From sequence record NZ_CP021276.1: a DNA stretch of 64,000 bases; one strand, written 5' to 3'. Positions 39,601 to 48,817 of the stretch are shown here, piece by piece. Source of the DNA: a plasmid. Position 1 is the first letter of the stretch, and every line of letters starts with the position of its first letter. The notes below the pieces were generated by a model. The model worked only from the letters and a program-made list of their open reading frames with translations. It searched no databases and was not told the DNA's origin. The translations under genes and the position numbers were made by a program.

Positions 39601-42445
39601 AATGAGTGGTGATGAAGCACGAAAACAATTAGAGCCCACACACCTTACCAAAGGCCAAAAAGAAGCATGTGAGTTAATCACGACTACAACTGATCAGTTT
39701 ATTATGATTCAGGGTTATGCAGGAACAGGAAAAACAACCATGACTCGAAGTGCGATTGACACCATCAGGCATGTCCAATCTATGACTCATGAAGAGGTGA
39801 AACTGATTGCGGTCGCGCCCACGCACCAGGCTGTAAAAGAAATGAGGGCGCTGGGAATTGAAGCGCAAACATTAAAGAGTTTTCTTATTGAACAAGAACA
39901 GGAAGTGACATTAAGCAAAGAAACACTGGTGCTGCTTGATGAATCTTCTATGGTCTCTAATCGAGATTGCGCAAGCCTCATCCAAAAAATCCATGATTCG
40001 GGCGCTCGTTGCGCAATGCTTGGCGATATTAGCCAGCATCAAAGCATTGAAAGCGGTAAGCCAAGCAAGATATTGATTCAGGAAGGAAGCATCAAGGTGG
40101 CCTGTATGGATGATTTGGTACGACAACAAGTCATCGAATACAAAAAGGCAATCGAAACATTAATCACGGGGGATATTGATAAGGCGTTGGCTCAGTTAGC
40201 GAATCAACCCTTAGACTCAATCACCCGAACTAAAGCCGATAGTCCTTACTACAACATGACCTCTTCAATTATTGAAACAGGCCATTCGACCCAAGCGTAC
40301 CTGCAACAAGAACACACTCAACAAGAATCGAAAGAACCCTTCCAGGAAGAATTAAAGGAAAAAAGCCCGATAGAAATGGCTGTAGGAGATTATTTATCAC
40401 GGACACCAGCATGCCGTGATAACACCATTGTTATCATTCATGAAAATAAAAAAAGGGAAGTTGCAAATGGTCTGATTAGAAATGCACTGATGAAAGAGTC
40501 TACCATAGGCCTTGAAAACAAAGAGTTCCCGCGGCTACTAAGCACGAATTACACCACTGCAGAGCTTTATTATTGTGAAACGTATCGGGATTGCTTAAAA
40601 AAGAAAGAAGAGTATTTTTTAAAGAAAGGAGAGCACTATTTCAAAGTGGTTTCGGTAGATGAGGCAGCGAAAGTAGTGGTATTAAATGATACGAAAGGAA
40701 ATAAATGCCTCTTTGTTCCTGAAAAAGAAAATAAAGACTGGAAGATTGAATTGTTTCAATCCATGCCAGGAAGAGTTTCGGTGGGTGAAAAAATTCATTT
40801 TAAAAAATCTGATAAGACTTTGGGACGTTTCGCTAATGAAAGGGTGCAGGTGACGGAGGTAAACGATGAGTCATTTACCGTAAAAGACAGTAGTGGCGTG
40901 GCGCACGTTCTGGAAAAAAAACAGATGAAGGATTCCCATTGGGATTATAGTTATACTGCTACCAGTTATTCAATTCAAGGGGCTTCATCCCCATTTGTTA
41001 TTGGAGTTGCTGAAACTAAAAATGCTCAAGTAAACCATCTGCGTTCATTTTATATCATGGTAACGCGAGGTTCCTTGCATGCCATGATTTATACGGACGA
41101 TCATAAAAAACTACGAAAACAACTTCGTGTTACTCCTGAAAAAACTTCTGCATTGGAATCGCTTGGCCTCCTGCATACCCCAATAAAGTCCAAAACTCCT
41201 AATGAGCAACCAAAATCACTCAAGCCAATGCATGGTATGCCCAAAATAAAGAACCAGGAACCTCGCTATGATGCGAATATGCTGTCACAAAATTTATCCG
41301 ACCAGGCTGAGCTCGTGATTGAATCACTACTTGGAGAGCCCAATAGAGCGCTTTCGTCAAAAACAGAATATCGATATGGTACTAAAGGCAGCTTAAGCAT
41401 CTGTTTAAGTGGAGAAAAAAGAGGAGTTTGGCATAACTTTGAAACAAAGGAAAAAGGAAACATGCTTCATTTGATTCAAAAAACATTAAATCTAAATTTT
41501 AAAGAAAGTCTTGAATATGCTGCCAAATTCACAGGTGATGACTTAAAAGAACGTATTAAATTAGCAAGCAAAAACCCTAATAAGATTCAAGCAATCGATT
41601 CTGATAAGAAAAGAAAAACATCAGATTATGGACTGCAATTAGCACGAGAATCGAAACCCATATCAGGCACAATAGCAGAGCGGTATTTAAAAGAAATCAG
41701 GAAAATTCATAATGTGTCTGGAGAAAATATTCGCTTTCATCCTCATGTCTATACTAAAGATACCGAAGAAGTTCGCTACAGGCCAGCACTATTGAATATT
41801 GCGCGGGACAAAGACAATAAAGTAGCCTGCGTTGAAGCAGTATACCTGGATAATGACACAGCAAATCAAGCAATAATGAAGATAAAGCCTAAGAAATCTT
41901 ATGGATTAAAAGCAGGCGCTGGAGTCATATTAAATGAGGGGAAAGGACATGAAAGTGTCACCTATATCGCAGAAGGTGTAGAAACAGGACTAAGCATCAG
42001 AGATGCAGTTCAAAATGAACGAGTTATAGCGACACTAGGGAAAGAAAATTTTGTAAATATCGATATGGCTTTGCTCACCGATAAAATAGTCATTTGCATG
42101 GATAATGATGGAAAACCCATTAAAGAGGACAGGGTAATTATTCAAACCATTGAACGATTGAAACAGCATGGAAAAACCGTAGAAATTGCCATTCCTCTGC
42201 GTCAAAAAGACTTTAATGATGTGATTAAAAGCGGGGGTATACAAGAAGTAGTTGATACATTAAATAAATCAGTTAGTGTCGATAAACTGATTGGAAGCCC
42301 CAATAAAACAGATTTGAATCAAGATCAAATTAAGAAGTGCCTTGATACCATTTCACGACAGATGAACCTTGAAATTCCTGAAATTAAAAACAATTCAATT
42401 GATAAATTGAAAACCCTTCAGCGAGAAGAAATGGAAATATATTAA
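36608..42445 (+). CDS. traI: TraI relaxase-helicase (MOBF) with C-terminal TOPRIM/primase-like extension
   Basis: 1945 aa. N-terminal TrwC/TraI relaxase (GYDLTFSAPKSVS, HDTSRELDPQLHVHALL). Helicase Walker A GYAGTGKT. Last ~400 aa carry TOPRIM-like E (YIAEGVETGLSI) and DxD (VICMDNDGKP) motifs. Confidence 0.85.
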   Translation: MLSLRVKPIKKPGYYFDQENYYFTNQLVTQWVGLSAARQNLSGEVNVKTLESLVSGELPSGDVIKGLKLTTGEISKRGGYDLTFSAPKSVSYLGLVCEHKEFIDLHLNAVKTVLKLIEKEAAQARKSGKEGMEYEKTGNLCFAAILHDTSRELDPQLHVHALLMNFTERLDGKWRALASDISRNNGTMEWIMDNQIFLGLVYRSEMALGLKEMGLEIEHTGDAHGLFEIKHFDKALLEQISKRRAQVEEHIKGMHSNSLKAYDRATLDSRKSKEMVSPEELRTRWSAESEALGVNPATYLATLKEKTKESHTPKETMSNNQELDRSVLDAIAHLEEKKLTFTYQEVLQTSLYFSLGEQGFEALMARIDKEIDAQNLIALNTENFSFTTSTLINKEQELIRKIVNFTPQKKGIERNTDKVCKLTDNESIQKAVTQALFYKEGVVRIKQQSATSRELLSTLIDYSQDSKKIRILCPSAYSARTMNKDMTQSAPTLWQWILSIGKQDLCETVAGFNYRHRSEHKLPFFNSKKEREVLIVDESQRLTPDEMNILLSIADKRSAKVILLEKSQSLSGFKSDIPDLLNKASIKTFEVDDRKAPATNINLIEEKTIEGRILKTAQMYSNLPLNQRQNTKVLTVSKLEAKEVNEAIRKQLKEHGEISVDEKSINTLTPMSLTLSEKKMAKSYQPDWVLIQNTRTESKKFTVIGVNEKDNQLIVRNHNGVRSQLAAKNITDSTQVYEQTPLSVGIGDQLIATGSLSFEGLKIGNQYEVTAFTRHGIKIKDGKRTIHLITSNEKHFPLSHAYAKTIYSDDFKPVKQTIMTLPAYALKQNTMSVLCESSKEELMIITDDVDKANRFAMKTAAKSSAISLTLNAAKTNHGAQIIDHRATTDLLTSLEQALTILTSEKPQKSDAEKALNFAIAHLSEREAAFTRSDLLKVALTQAIGKAGLNELNNVLDKVMTNGDLISGGNEILTTKEAVAFEESIIKNVKAGINTIKPLMSGDEARKQLEPTHLTKGQKEACELITTTTDQFIMIQGYAGTGKTTMTRSAIDTIRHVQSMTHEEVKLIAVAPTHQAVKEMRALGIEAQTLKSFLIEQEQEVTLSKETLVLLDESSMVSNRDCASLIQKIHDSGARCAMLGDISQHQSIESGKPSKILIQEGSIKVACMDDLVRQQVIEYKKAIETLITGDIDKALAQLANQPLDSITRTKADSPYYNMTSSIIETGHSTQAYLQQEHTQQESKEPFQEELKEKSPIEMAVGDYLSRTPACRDNTIVIIHENKKREVANGLIRNALMKESTIGLENKEFPRLLSTNYTTAELYYCETYRDCLKKKEEYFLKKGEHYFKVVSVDEAAKVVVLNDTKGNKCLFVPEKENKDWKIELFQSMPGRVSVGEKIHFKKSDKTLGRFANERVQVTEVNDESFTVKDSSGVAHVLEKKQMKDSHWDYSYTATSYSIQGASSPFVIGVAETKNAQVNHLRSFYIMVTRGSLHAMIYTDDHKKLRKQLRVTPEKTSALESLGLLHTPIKSKTPNEQPKSLKPMHGMPKIKNQEPRYDANMLSQNLSDQAELVIESLLGEPNRALSSKTEYRYGTKGSLSICLSGEKRGVWHNFETKEKGNMLHLIQKTLNLNFKESLEYAAKFTGDDLKERIKLASKNPNKIQAIDSDKKRKTSDYGLQLARESKPISGTIAERYLKEIRKIHNVSGENIRFHPHVYTKDTEEVRYRPALLNIARDKDNKVACVEAVYLDNDTANQAIMKIKPKKSYGLKAGAGVILNEGKGHESVTYIAEGVETGLSIRDAVQNERVIATLGKENFVNIDMALLTDKIVICMDNDGKPIKEDRVIIQTIERLKQHGKTVEIAIPLRQKDFNDVIKSGGIQEVVDTLNKSVSVDKLIGSPNKTDLNQDQIKKCLDTISRQMNLEIPEIKNNSIDKLKTLQREEMEIY

Positions 42446-42519
42446 AATATCTTTAATTGATTGAGCATAGGAATTTTATATGAAAAAAATGTGTGGAATA
42501 ATCTCTCTAATATTGATAA

Positions 42520-42903
42520 ATGGAGGTATCATTCTACCTTATTTATGTCTATGTATTAGTAGCTTGTTCCACCAAAATGAACAACCTATTACAGGTTGCT
42601 TATGAGCCATCTGGAATGCAAATGTTTTTTTATTTTATATCGCTCCCGTTTTTTATAATTTTAGCAATATTAAGTCGTATTCATTGTTTTTATTATGATG
42701 TAAAAAATGGATTAGCGTTTTCGTTGTTATTGATTTGGTTATTGTATTTTTTATTTATCGAATATATTGACCAAATAGTTCATTTTCCCAATGGAAATGA
42801 ACTATTTTATTATGGTAGTTTAGCTATTTCATTAGGGGCATTTACTTTAATTGGATTAACTACCTATTTCCAATTAAAACAGTTAATGTCCGATTCTAGG
42901 TAA
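42520..42903 (+). CDS. Hypothetical membrane protein
   Basis: 127 aa, 3-4 TM, AT-rich. Confidence 0.35.
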   Translation: MEVSFYLIYVYVLVACSTKMNNLLQVAYEPSGMQMFFYFISLPFFIILAILSRIHCFYYDVKNGLAFSLLLIWLLYFLFIEYIDQIVHFPNGNELFYYGSLAISLGAFTLIGLTTYFQLKQLMSDSR

Positions 42904-42967
42904 AATTTTTAGAGTAAAAATTATCTTTATTACTTTCAATTTAACGGCAAGTACTATTTTTTATAAC

Positions 42968-43336
42968 TTAATTATTGATAAATCCTTCAATGAAATTATC
43001 TACCTTTTTCTTCAGTTCTGCGATATGTTCTTCGGCATTATTCGAATCACTTTGAAGTTTGTTTTTATCATAAACACAACGAAAAATATCAGCACTGATT
43101 CCCAGCAATCTTAAAAGATGGGTCGTGTGTTGACGATTTAACTCTTCCTCTTTTTCTAAGCGTCTTTTTTCATCCTCGCTTATCACTGGATTATCTTTAT
43201 TATGGAGATAAACCTTTATCCCTAATTCAATCATTTCTTTCATTGTTTGAGACGATGAATCATGCCCTTCATCTTTTTTAATGGATTCGAGCTGATCAAT
43301 AATTTTTTGATTTAAATAACAATAGGCCTTGGGCAT
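42968..43336 (-). CDS. Hypothetical protein, RHH-like N-terminus (candidate relaxosome accessory/regulator)
   Basis: 122 aa. Beta-strand/helix pattern AYCYLNQKIIDQLESIKK. Adjacent to the oriT-like region. Confidence 0.3.
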   Translation of the reverse strand: MPKAYCYLNQKIIDQLESIKKDEGHDSSSQTMKEMIELGIKVYLHNKDNPVISEDEKRRLEKEEELNRQHTTHLLRLLGISADIFRCVYDKNKLQSDSNNAEEHIAELKKKVDNFIEGFINN

Positions 43337-43623
43337 AAAATCCTCTTTTAAATTTATAATACAGGTTCAGTGCACTGATTTTGGCTAGTTGAGAATAATT
43401 ATATCATTTAATTATAGGGGTCGAATAGGTGTGTATCTTTGTTTAATAGAGGTTTTTTATTCATTTGCTAGGTGTGGATTAGGTGTTGATATTTTATAAG
43501 TTATTGATTAATATTAAAGAGTGGATGCACACCCATATAAAACAGAGGTGTTGGCAGATTTAAAAATGCTCATCTTCACGTAAGTTATTGAATAATAATA
43601 AAATGTTTTAAGCAATAAACATT

Positions 43624-43638
43624 GCGAGGGGTGTGTTC
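43624..43638 (+). other. oriT nic-like sequence GCGAGGGGTGTGTTC (F-family consensus GCGTGGGGTGT|GGTGCT), preceded by short hairpin
   Basis: Read directly. Upstream IR AGCAATAAACATTGCG. Cluster of AGGTGT repeats at 43427-43555. Confidence 0.45.
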
Positions 43639-43790
43639 TTTTTTAATTTAATCATTCTTTTTGTATGGGCATTTAACTGGGAATTTTAGTATTATTTATT
43701 TAAATTAATATTATGAAAAGCGCATAATAATTGCGTGCTTGTGATTCACAGTATTCTCTTAACCATTTACTCAATAGGGATATTTATATC

Positions 43791-44102
43791 ATGAATATAT
43801 TAAAAAGATTTCTGAAAAAAATTGCTAAAATCATTCATTTTAGACCCTATAGTGAATGGACTGAAGAAGAGAAGGCTGTGTATGCTAAACGGCATTCTTT
43901 TCATTCTTACTCTAAATCAAATGATACAAAAATTAATCCTGCAAGCGGCCTGCCAATGATTGGTTGTCTGGATGTAAATGGCAATACATTTGGATCTAGC
44001 AGTTCATTTGATGATTATCATAGAAATCATGACAACAATTATCGTATTTATTCATCTACAAATTATTGCAATAGTTATGATCCGTTTGCCAATCGCTATT
44101 AA
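43791..44102 (+). CDS. Hypothetical protein
   Basis: ~103 aa from an internal ATG. Low complexity, AT-rich. Confidence 0.25.
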   Translation: MNILKRFLKKIAKIIHFRPYSEWTEEEKAVYAKRHSFHSYSKSNDTKINPASGLPMIGCLDVNGNTFGSSSSFDDYHRNHDNNYRIYSSTNYCNSYDPFANRY

Positions 44103-44169
44103 TTGTTTCGATTTTTATTTTTATGCCCTATTTTTACTGATATAGTAAACTAAATTTTTTATAAGATTT

Positions 44170-44406
44170 ATGGTAATTTTGGAGAATCCCATGGCTTTAA
44201 TCAACGCAAGAAAAACACCTGAAAAAGAAAAAATTAAAATCGAAATAAACAAAGAAATATATTCGGAAATTAAAGAATATTGCTCATGGGTTGGTATTGA
44301 TGATATTAGCCATTTTTTTGAAGAGTCATCAATTATGATTTTCTCTAAAGACAAAGAATGGAAGCAACATCGAAAAGACAAAAAACTGAATAACGAAACC
44401 GTCTAA
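44170..44406 (+). CDS. Small hypothetical protein (possible RHH fold)
   Basis: 78 aa. Overlaps an opposite-strand ORF, so uncertain. Confidence 0.2.
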   Translation: MVILENPMALINARKTPEKEKIKIEINKEIYSEIKEYCSWVGIDDISHFFEESSIMIFSKDKEWKQHRKDKKLNNETV

Positions 44407-44580
44407 TGTTTATCAGATAGGGACTTACTTTTGAAAAAATATCAGCAACATTTTATTTACCTTTCCTTTTTTTAATTGCGTATAATATTCCTTCCAATAA
44501 AAGCAGAAAAAAAGAGCTGATAGGATAGCTGAATCGATAAGAAAAAAAGCCCATGGAATTTGGGCTTTTTTATGGGAATT

Positions 44581-44979
44581 CTACCCTAATTTAATCAACT
44601 CCCAATCACCAAAGTACCCATCTTTGGTTTTAATTAAATCTTCATAAACACGCATCTCTAAACCATCAGCAATCTCATCCCACCCTGTTACTTCCCTCGC
44701 TATATTAAAATACTCATCATTAATAAAAAACACTCTGGGAACTCCGTATGTCCAGATAATGCCATCAACACCAAAAAGTGTTGCTCCTTCAAAGCCCCAA
44801 TCATCCATTTCTTGTTCTGGGGTATTGCGTCCGTGGTATAGTCTTAATTTCATCAAATGTTCCTTTAATCTTGCTGTTGTTATCACGCTATTTTCAGGAT
44901 GAGGCAAAGGGATTTTTCTTTGCCTCTTAAAAAATTCCGTTACCTTTTTATTTCCATCATTTTTTCGGTTAACGTCCAC
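44581..44979 (-). CDS. Hypothetical protein, operonic with the DUF932 gene
   Basis: 132 aa, overlaps the upstream gene. Confidence 0.35.
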   Translation of the reverse strand: MDVNRKNDGNKKVTEFFKRQRKIPLPHPENSVITTARLKEHLMKLRLYHGRNTPEQEMDDWGFEGATLFGVDGIIWTYGVPRVFFINDEYFNIAREVTGWDEIADGLEMRVYEDLIKTKDGYFGDWELIKLG

Positions 44980-45821
44980 AATGCTCGATTTAATTTCACA
45001 TTTTGATCAATGGCTTTTACTTCTCTCGTTTTTGTTCGAGTGGTGTATCCGTATTTATTTAAACGATGGCCACGGATACCCCCTTTAATTAAGTTTTCTT
45101 GCAGGACATTAAACACCGTAAACAAATCATTATCTTTTTGATCAACATAACGCCTTGGTTGCAATAAACGCTCAGGAGCAACGATCATTGCACCCTCATC
45201 ATTAGAAAATTTTAGAGAATGGGCAGCTTCGGCAAAAATCATCTTTTCAGTATCGTTTAAATGAATTGAAGCCATATCATCTGATACATCGAGCATCTTG
45301 TTTGCAGTTTCAATCACTTTATAAGTGCCTTCAATAACATTTCCAACAACATCCCCCTGATGTTTAATTCTGATTTCGTCATACGATTGCCCAGCAATCA
45401 TTCCATTACCACACACAACCCGAAAAAGACCCGCCATTAGACGATAAGAAGACAGGCCATCATGAGAATTGATAAGAACAAGTTCTGGATAAAGTCCCTG
45501 ATTATTTTGAATGACATCATGGCGTTGAAAACGAAGCATGTGTTTTGCAAATGCTTTCGATTCTTCACTCAGGCTTTTAGTCTGAGTTGCCCAAGTTGGA
45601 AAAAATCCTTCTGACATTAATTTTTCAATGATTTGCTCTGTTGAGATTGGTGAGTACTGAGCACTTGTTTTGTGGGAACTTTCTTGTGTAAATATGGAAG
45701 GGGCTAATTTAAATAGTTTTTCTTTTGATAAAATGGGTAACATGATGTTTTCTCCTATGTTTTTACTATTGTTCTCAAGGAACAAATACAGTATCTCAAA
45801 AAAGCGCGTAATCGTCAACAA
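44940..45821 (-). CDS. DUF932-family protein (phage/plasmid-associated, common in ICEs)
   Basis: 293 aa, pattern recognition of the DUF932 family. Confidence 0.45.
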   Translation of the reverse strand: MLTITRFFEILYLFLENNSKNIGENIMLPILSKEKLFKLAPSIFTQESSHKTSAQYSPISTEQIIEKLMSEGFFPTWATQTKSLSEESKAFAKHMLRFQRHDVIQNNQGLYPELVLINSHDGLSSYRLMAGLFRVVCGNGMIAGQSYDEIRIKHQGDVVGNVIEGTYKVIETANKMLDVSDDMASIHLNDTEKMIFAEAAHSLKFSNDEGAMIVAPERLLQPRRYVDQKDNDLFTVFNVLQENLIKGGIRGHRLNKYGYTTRTKTREVKAIDQNVKLNRALWTLTEKMMEIKR

Positions 45822-45934
45822 TTATTATAAAATATATTTATAAAAAATATTTACCAAAAATGTTGATATTTATTGCTGCCCTTGTTATATTGTTCTTGTC
45901 CCAATGACACATAGTAAAAACATAGGAGAACACA

Positions 45935-46258
45935 ATGACTATTCCAGAAATTATCCAGCAACAATTGCTGCGCACGAATAAAGCGATTGTTTGGTCTTGG
46001 GGCGTATCTAAATGGTATGAACTATCATCTAATGCACTTGCAATAAGAGTTCATGCGCGTTATTTAGATGGTTTTGTCTGTATCGAGTTGGATGAGGCGC
46101 AAGACTTATACAATATTTCCTTTTACCTTAACCAAGACTTCTCAGACATACTGGTGTGGCCAGTGATACCCTATAAACCGATGAAAGGAGTCTATTGCGA
46201 TCAACTGGTTGAATTCATTGATAACAGAATAGAAAGAATACCCGATTATAAATACTGA
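45935..46258 (+). CDS. Hypothetical protein
   Basis: 107 aa. Confidence 0.3.
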   Translation: MTIPEIIQQQLLRTNKAIVWSWGVSKWYELSSNALAIRVHARYLDGFVCIELDEAQDLYNISFYLNQDFSDILVWPVIPYKPMKGVYCDQLVEFIDNRIERIPDYKY

Positions 46259-46310
46259 CTATTGCCCTACTTCCTACCGTGGGGAGTAGGCCATTAACAG
46301 GAGTAGATTC

Positions 46311-47129
46311 ATGAAAAAATTATCGTTTGCCGTTAAAGCAAACATGAATAAACCACCTAGGGTTCACGTGCAATCAGCCGATAAAAAATCAACTTATGGC
46401 TCATTTCAAGCAAATAACTGCGATGAATTCGATAGTTGGGACAAATTAAGCCAGGACGAAGCCATTGAATTAAAGCACTACATGAATAATCTAGTGGCTA
46501 TTGAGCATTACTTTTCCACAAAGGCTCTGTCCGAACAAAAAGATTTTAGGATCCGATTACCCGGTAGTTTTATTGATGCGATTGATGAACTAAGCAAGTT
46601 ATGTTTTGAAGAGCACATCGACTTGAATGTTTATGATGCCATGATAAGTGCCGCTATTGGGCAACTTAAAATAAAGACAGCAAGCCTTCCTGATGAAAAA
46701 AAACAGCAAGCGCTTACACTGCTTAATCAACTAGGATTATCTGAAAATGTAAAAACAGATGTTTCCTTGAAAATACAGGCGGTATTCTCTGAATTATTAT
46801 CCATTCATAACAAATCAGAAAAACTGCACCAAAAAGCCAGGATGCTTTTTAATAAAGATAAAAGTATTGCTCCAAAAACTATTGAGGAAATCGCAAAAGG
46901 TGAACTATCAACTTCCAAATGGTTAGTGGCTTGTGCTGTAGAGATTTTACTGGAAGAAAAACCAGATATAGTGCAAAAAATATTAACTGAGGACGATATC
47001 TTGTTTTTGTGGGCTAATCCTTTACTAAAAAATCATAGACCGCTCAAGGAACTGCTCGATAAACTAGAGTCGTTGAGTAACTCGGAAACGTTAAGCAATA
47101 AACTAAAATCCATGATTAATTTTAGTTAA
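46311..47129 (+). CDS. Hypothetical protein (possible cargo/effector)
   Basis: 272 aa, no domain recognised. Confidence 0.35.
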   Translation: MKKLSFAVKANMNKPPRVHVQSADKKSTYGSFQANNCDEFDSWDKLSQDEAIELKHYMNNLVAIEHYFSTKALSEQKDFRIRLPGSFIDAIDELSKLCFEEHIDLNVYDAMISAAIGQLKIKTASLPDEKKQQALTLLNQLGLSENVKTDVSLKIQAVFSELLSIHNKSEKLHQKARMLFNKDKSIAPKTIEEIAKGELSTSKWLVACAVEILLEEKPDIVQKILTEDDILFLWANPLLKNHRPLKELLDKLESLSNSETLSNKLKSMINFS

Positions 47130-47167
47130 ATACTTTCCAAATTATCACATTTATGCTATAAATTATT

Positions 47168-47521
47168 ATGAAAATAAAATTTTACCAAAAACAATCGGGC
47201 AAAAACCCCGTGGCGGAATTTCTAAATGATTTGCCGTCCGATGAAATCGCGCGACTTGCTGGTTGTTTAAAGAGTGTTGAAGAACTGGGTTTTGATAGCC
47301 CAAGGGTACAATTCAGGCAAATAAAAGGCTCGCTTTGGGAAATTAAAATTAAAACATCGCGCAGTGGTTATCGGTTTTTTTATGTGTGCATCCAAAAAGA
47401 AATCATCGTTCTTTTACATGCCTATAAAAAACAATCACAAAAAGCGCCAAAGCAAGAAATTGAACTGGCTGAAAAACGAATGATGGAGGTATACGAGAAT
47501 GAAAGCACTTACCTTAAATGA
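47168..47521 (+). CDS. higB: HigB-like toxin (RelE/ParE superfamily, Gp49/DUF891 type)
   Basis: 117 aa. N-terminal pattern KFYQKQSGKNPVAEFLNDL. Followed by an overlapping HTH antitoxin. Confidence 0.5.
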   Translation: MKIKFYQKQSGKNPVAEFLNDLPSDEIARLAGCLKSVEELGFDSPRVQFRQIKGSLWEIKIKTSRSGYRFFYVCIQKEIIVLLHAYKKQSQKAPKQEIELAEKRMMEVYENESTYLK

Positions 47522-47789
47522 ATTTATTGACGATAAAATCAATCAAGATGAAGAATTTGCCAAGCACTATGAACGTGAGCAAATTATTAATAATATAGCA
47601 GTAATGATTGTAAATGCCCGTAAAAAGCGACATATGACACAATCTGAATTGGCCAATAAAATTGGAACCAAACAATCGGTTATTTCTCGCCTTGAAAGTG
47701 GCAATAGTTCATTTATTCCCTCATTAGAGACCTTGGTGAAGGTTGCTGATGCGCTGAACATGCACTTAAAATTGCAATTACAGGCCTAA
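47499..47789 (+). CDS. higA: HigA-like antitoxin, XRE-family HTH
   Basis: 96 aa. HTH RKKRHMTQSELANKIGTKQSVISRLESG. Confidence 0.55.
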   Translation: MKALTLNEFIDDKINQDEEFAKHYEREQIINNIAVMIVNARKKRHMTQSELANKIGTKQSVISRLESGNSSFIPSLETLVKVADALNMHLKLQLQA

Positions 47790-48817
47790 TTGGATTAATT
47801 GGTAAATACATATTATCTAAAACAAGCCATGAATATTCATGGGCTTTTAATTTAATTCTCTGAACCTTCATTATTAGCGATTCAACGTTGTGGTCAAATA
47901 TAGGCCAGTTATTTAACGTTGATTACATTAAAGTCTGATTATCTATATTAAAAGATCTAAGATGGTTTTGTAGTTAATGTAGTCAACGTTTTCATGCAGG
48001 ATAACAGATCTTATTTAATATTTAATTAGGAACTTAAAAGCATTAAATAACTAAATCAAATTAGGGAAAATATACTCCGTTCGATATAGAACGGAGTAAG
48101 CAGTTTAGCAACGTATTAAAAATCTCCAGCACTCGAGCCCATAATCATGTGCATCAAGATATCTATCTGAATTCTTCACACGTCGATGACGACAAAATAC
48201 CCATTTAAAACCACTGGGTGGTGGTATCAGACTATCTTTAGTCATTATTAATCCTATTAATTAATTTATTTATTAATAGTTGACTTTTGACCCACAGATA
48301 CCTATAATCATTTTGTCTAGAAATTATACAGAAACCTGCGGGGTTAAGCCAACAACCTTGGTTTAATTTCGTTATGTCATATATACCCCCTTATTTTTGT
48401 ATTAATGCTTATTTGCAAAATAGATATGGAAATACAGGGGTGTTTTTTAGGACAAAGAAATTCTACGTAAAAAGCCTGAGTGGGTTTTACAACTAGAGAA
48501 GATCTTTTTAAATGATCTTTTTTATTAAGAAGATACAGCTACTAATATTTTTATTCCTTGAATATTACTGTTCGCACAAATTGGACACAACTCCCTAACC
48601 ATATACTATATTTATAGCACAACAATATACAAACCGCCAATTAATTGGCCAAATTTATAATGTAAAAATTATTGGCTTTAAGTAACATATTGATTATTAG
48701 ATCTAAATAAGCCGAAGTTATAGAAAAAACCTATTATTGAGATAACTATTTATCACAGTGATTGCAGGTAGTATTTAAATAAACGTCTATTAATCCCAAG
48801 TCAATTTATGTCTATTC

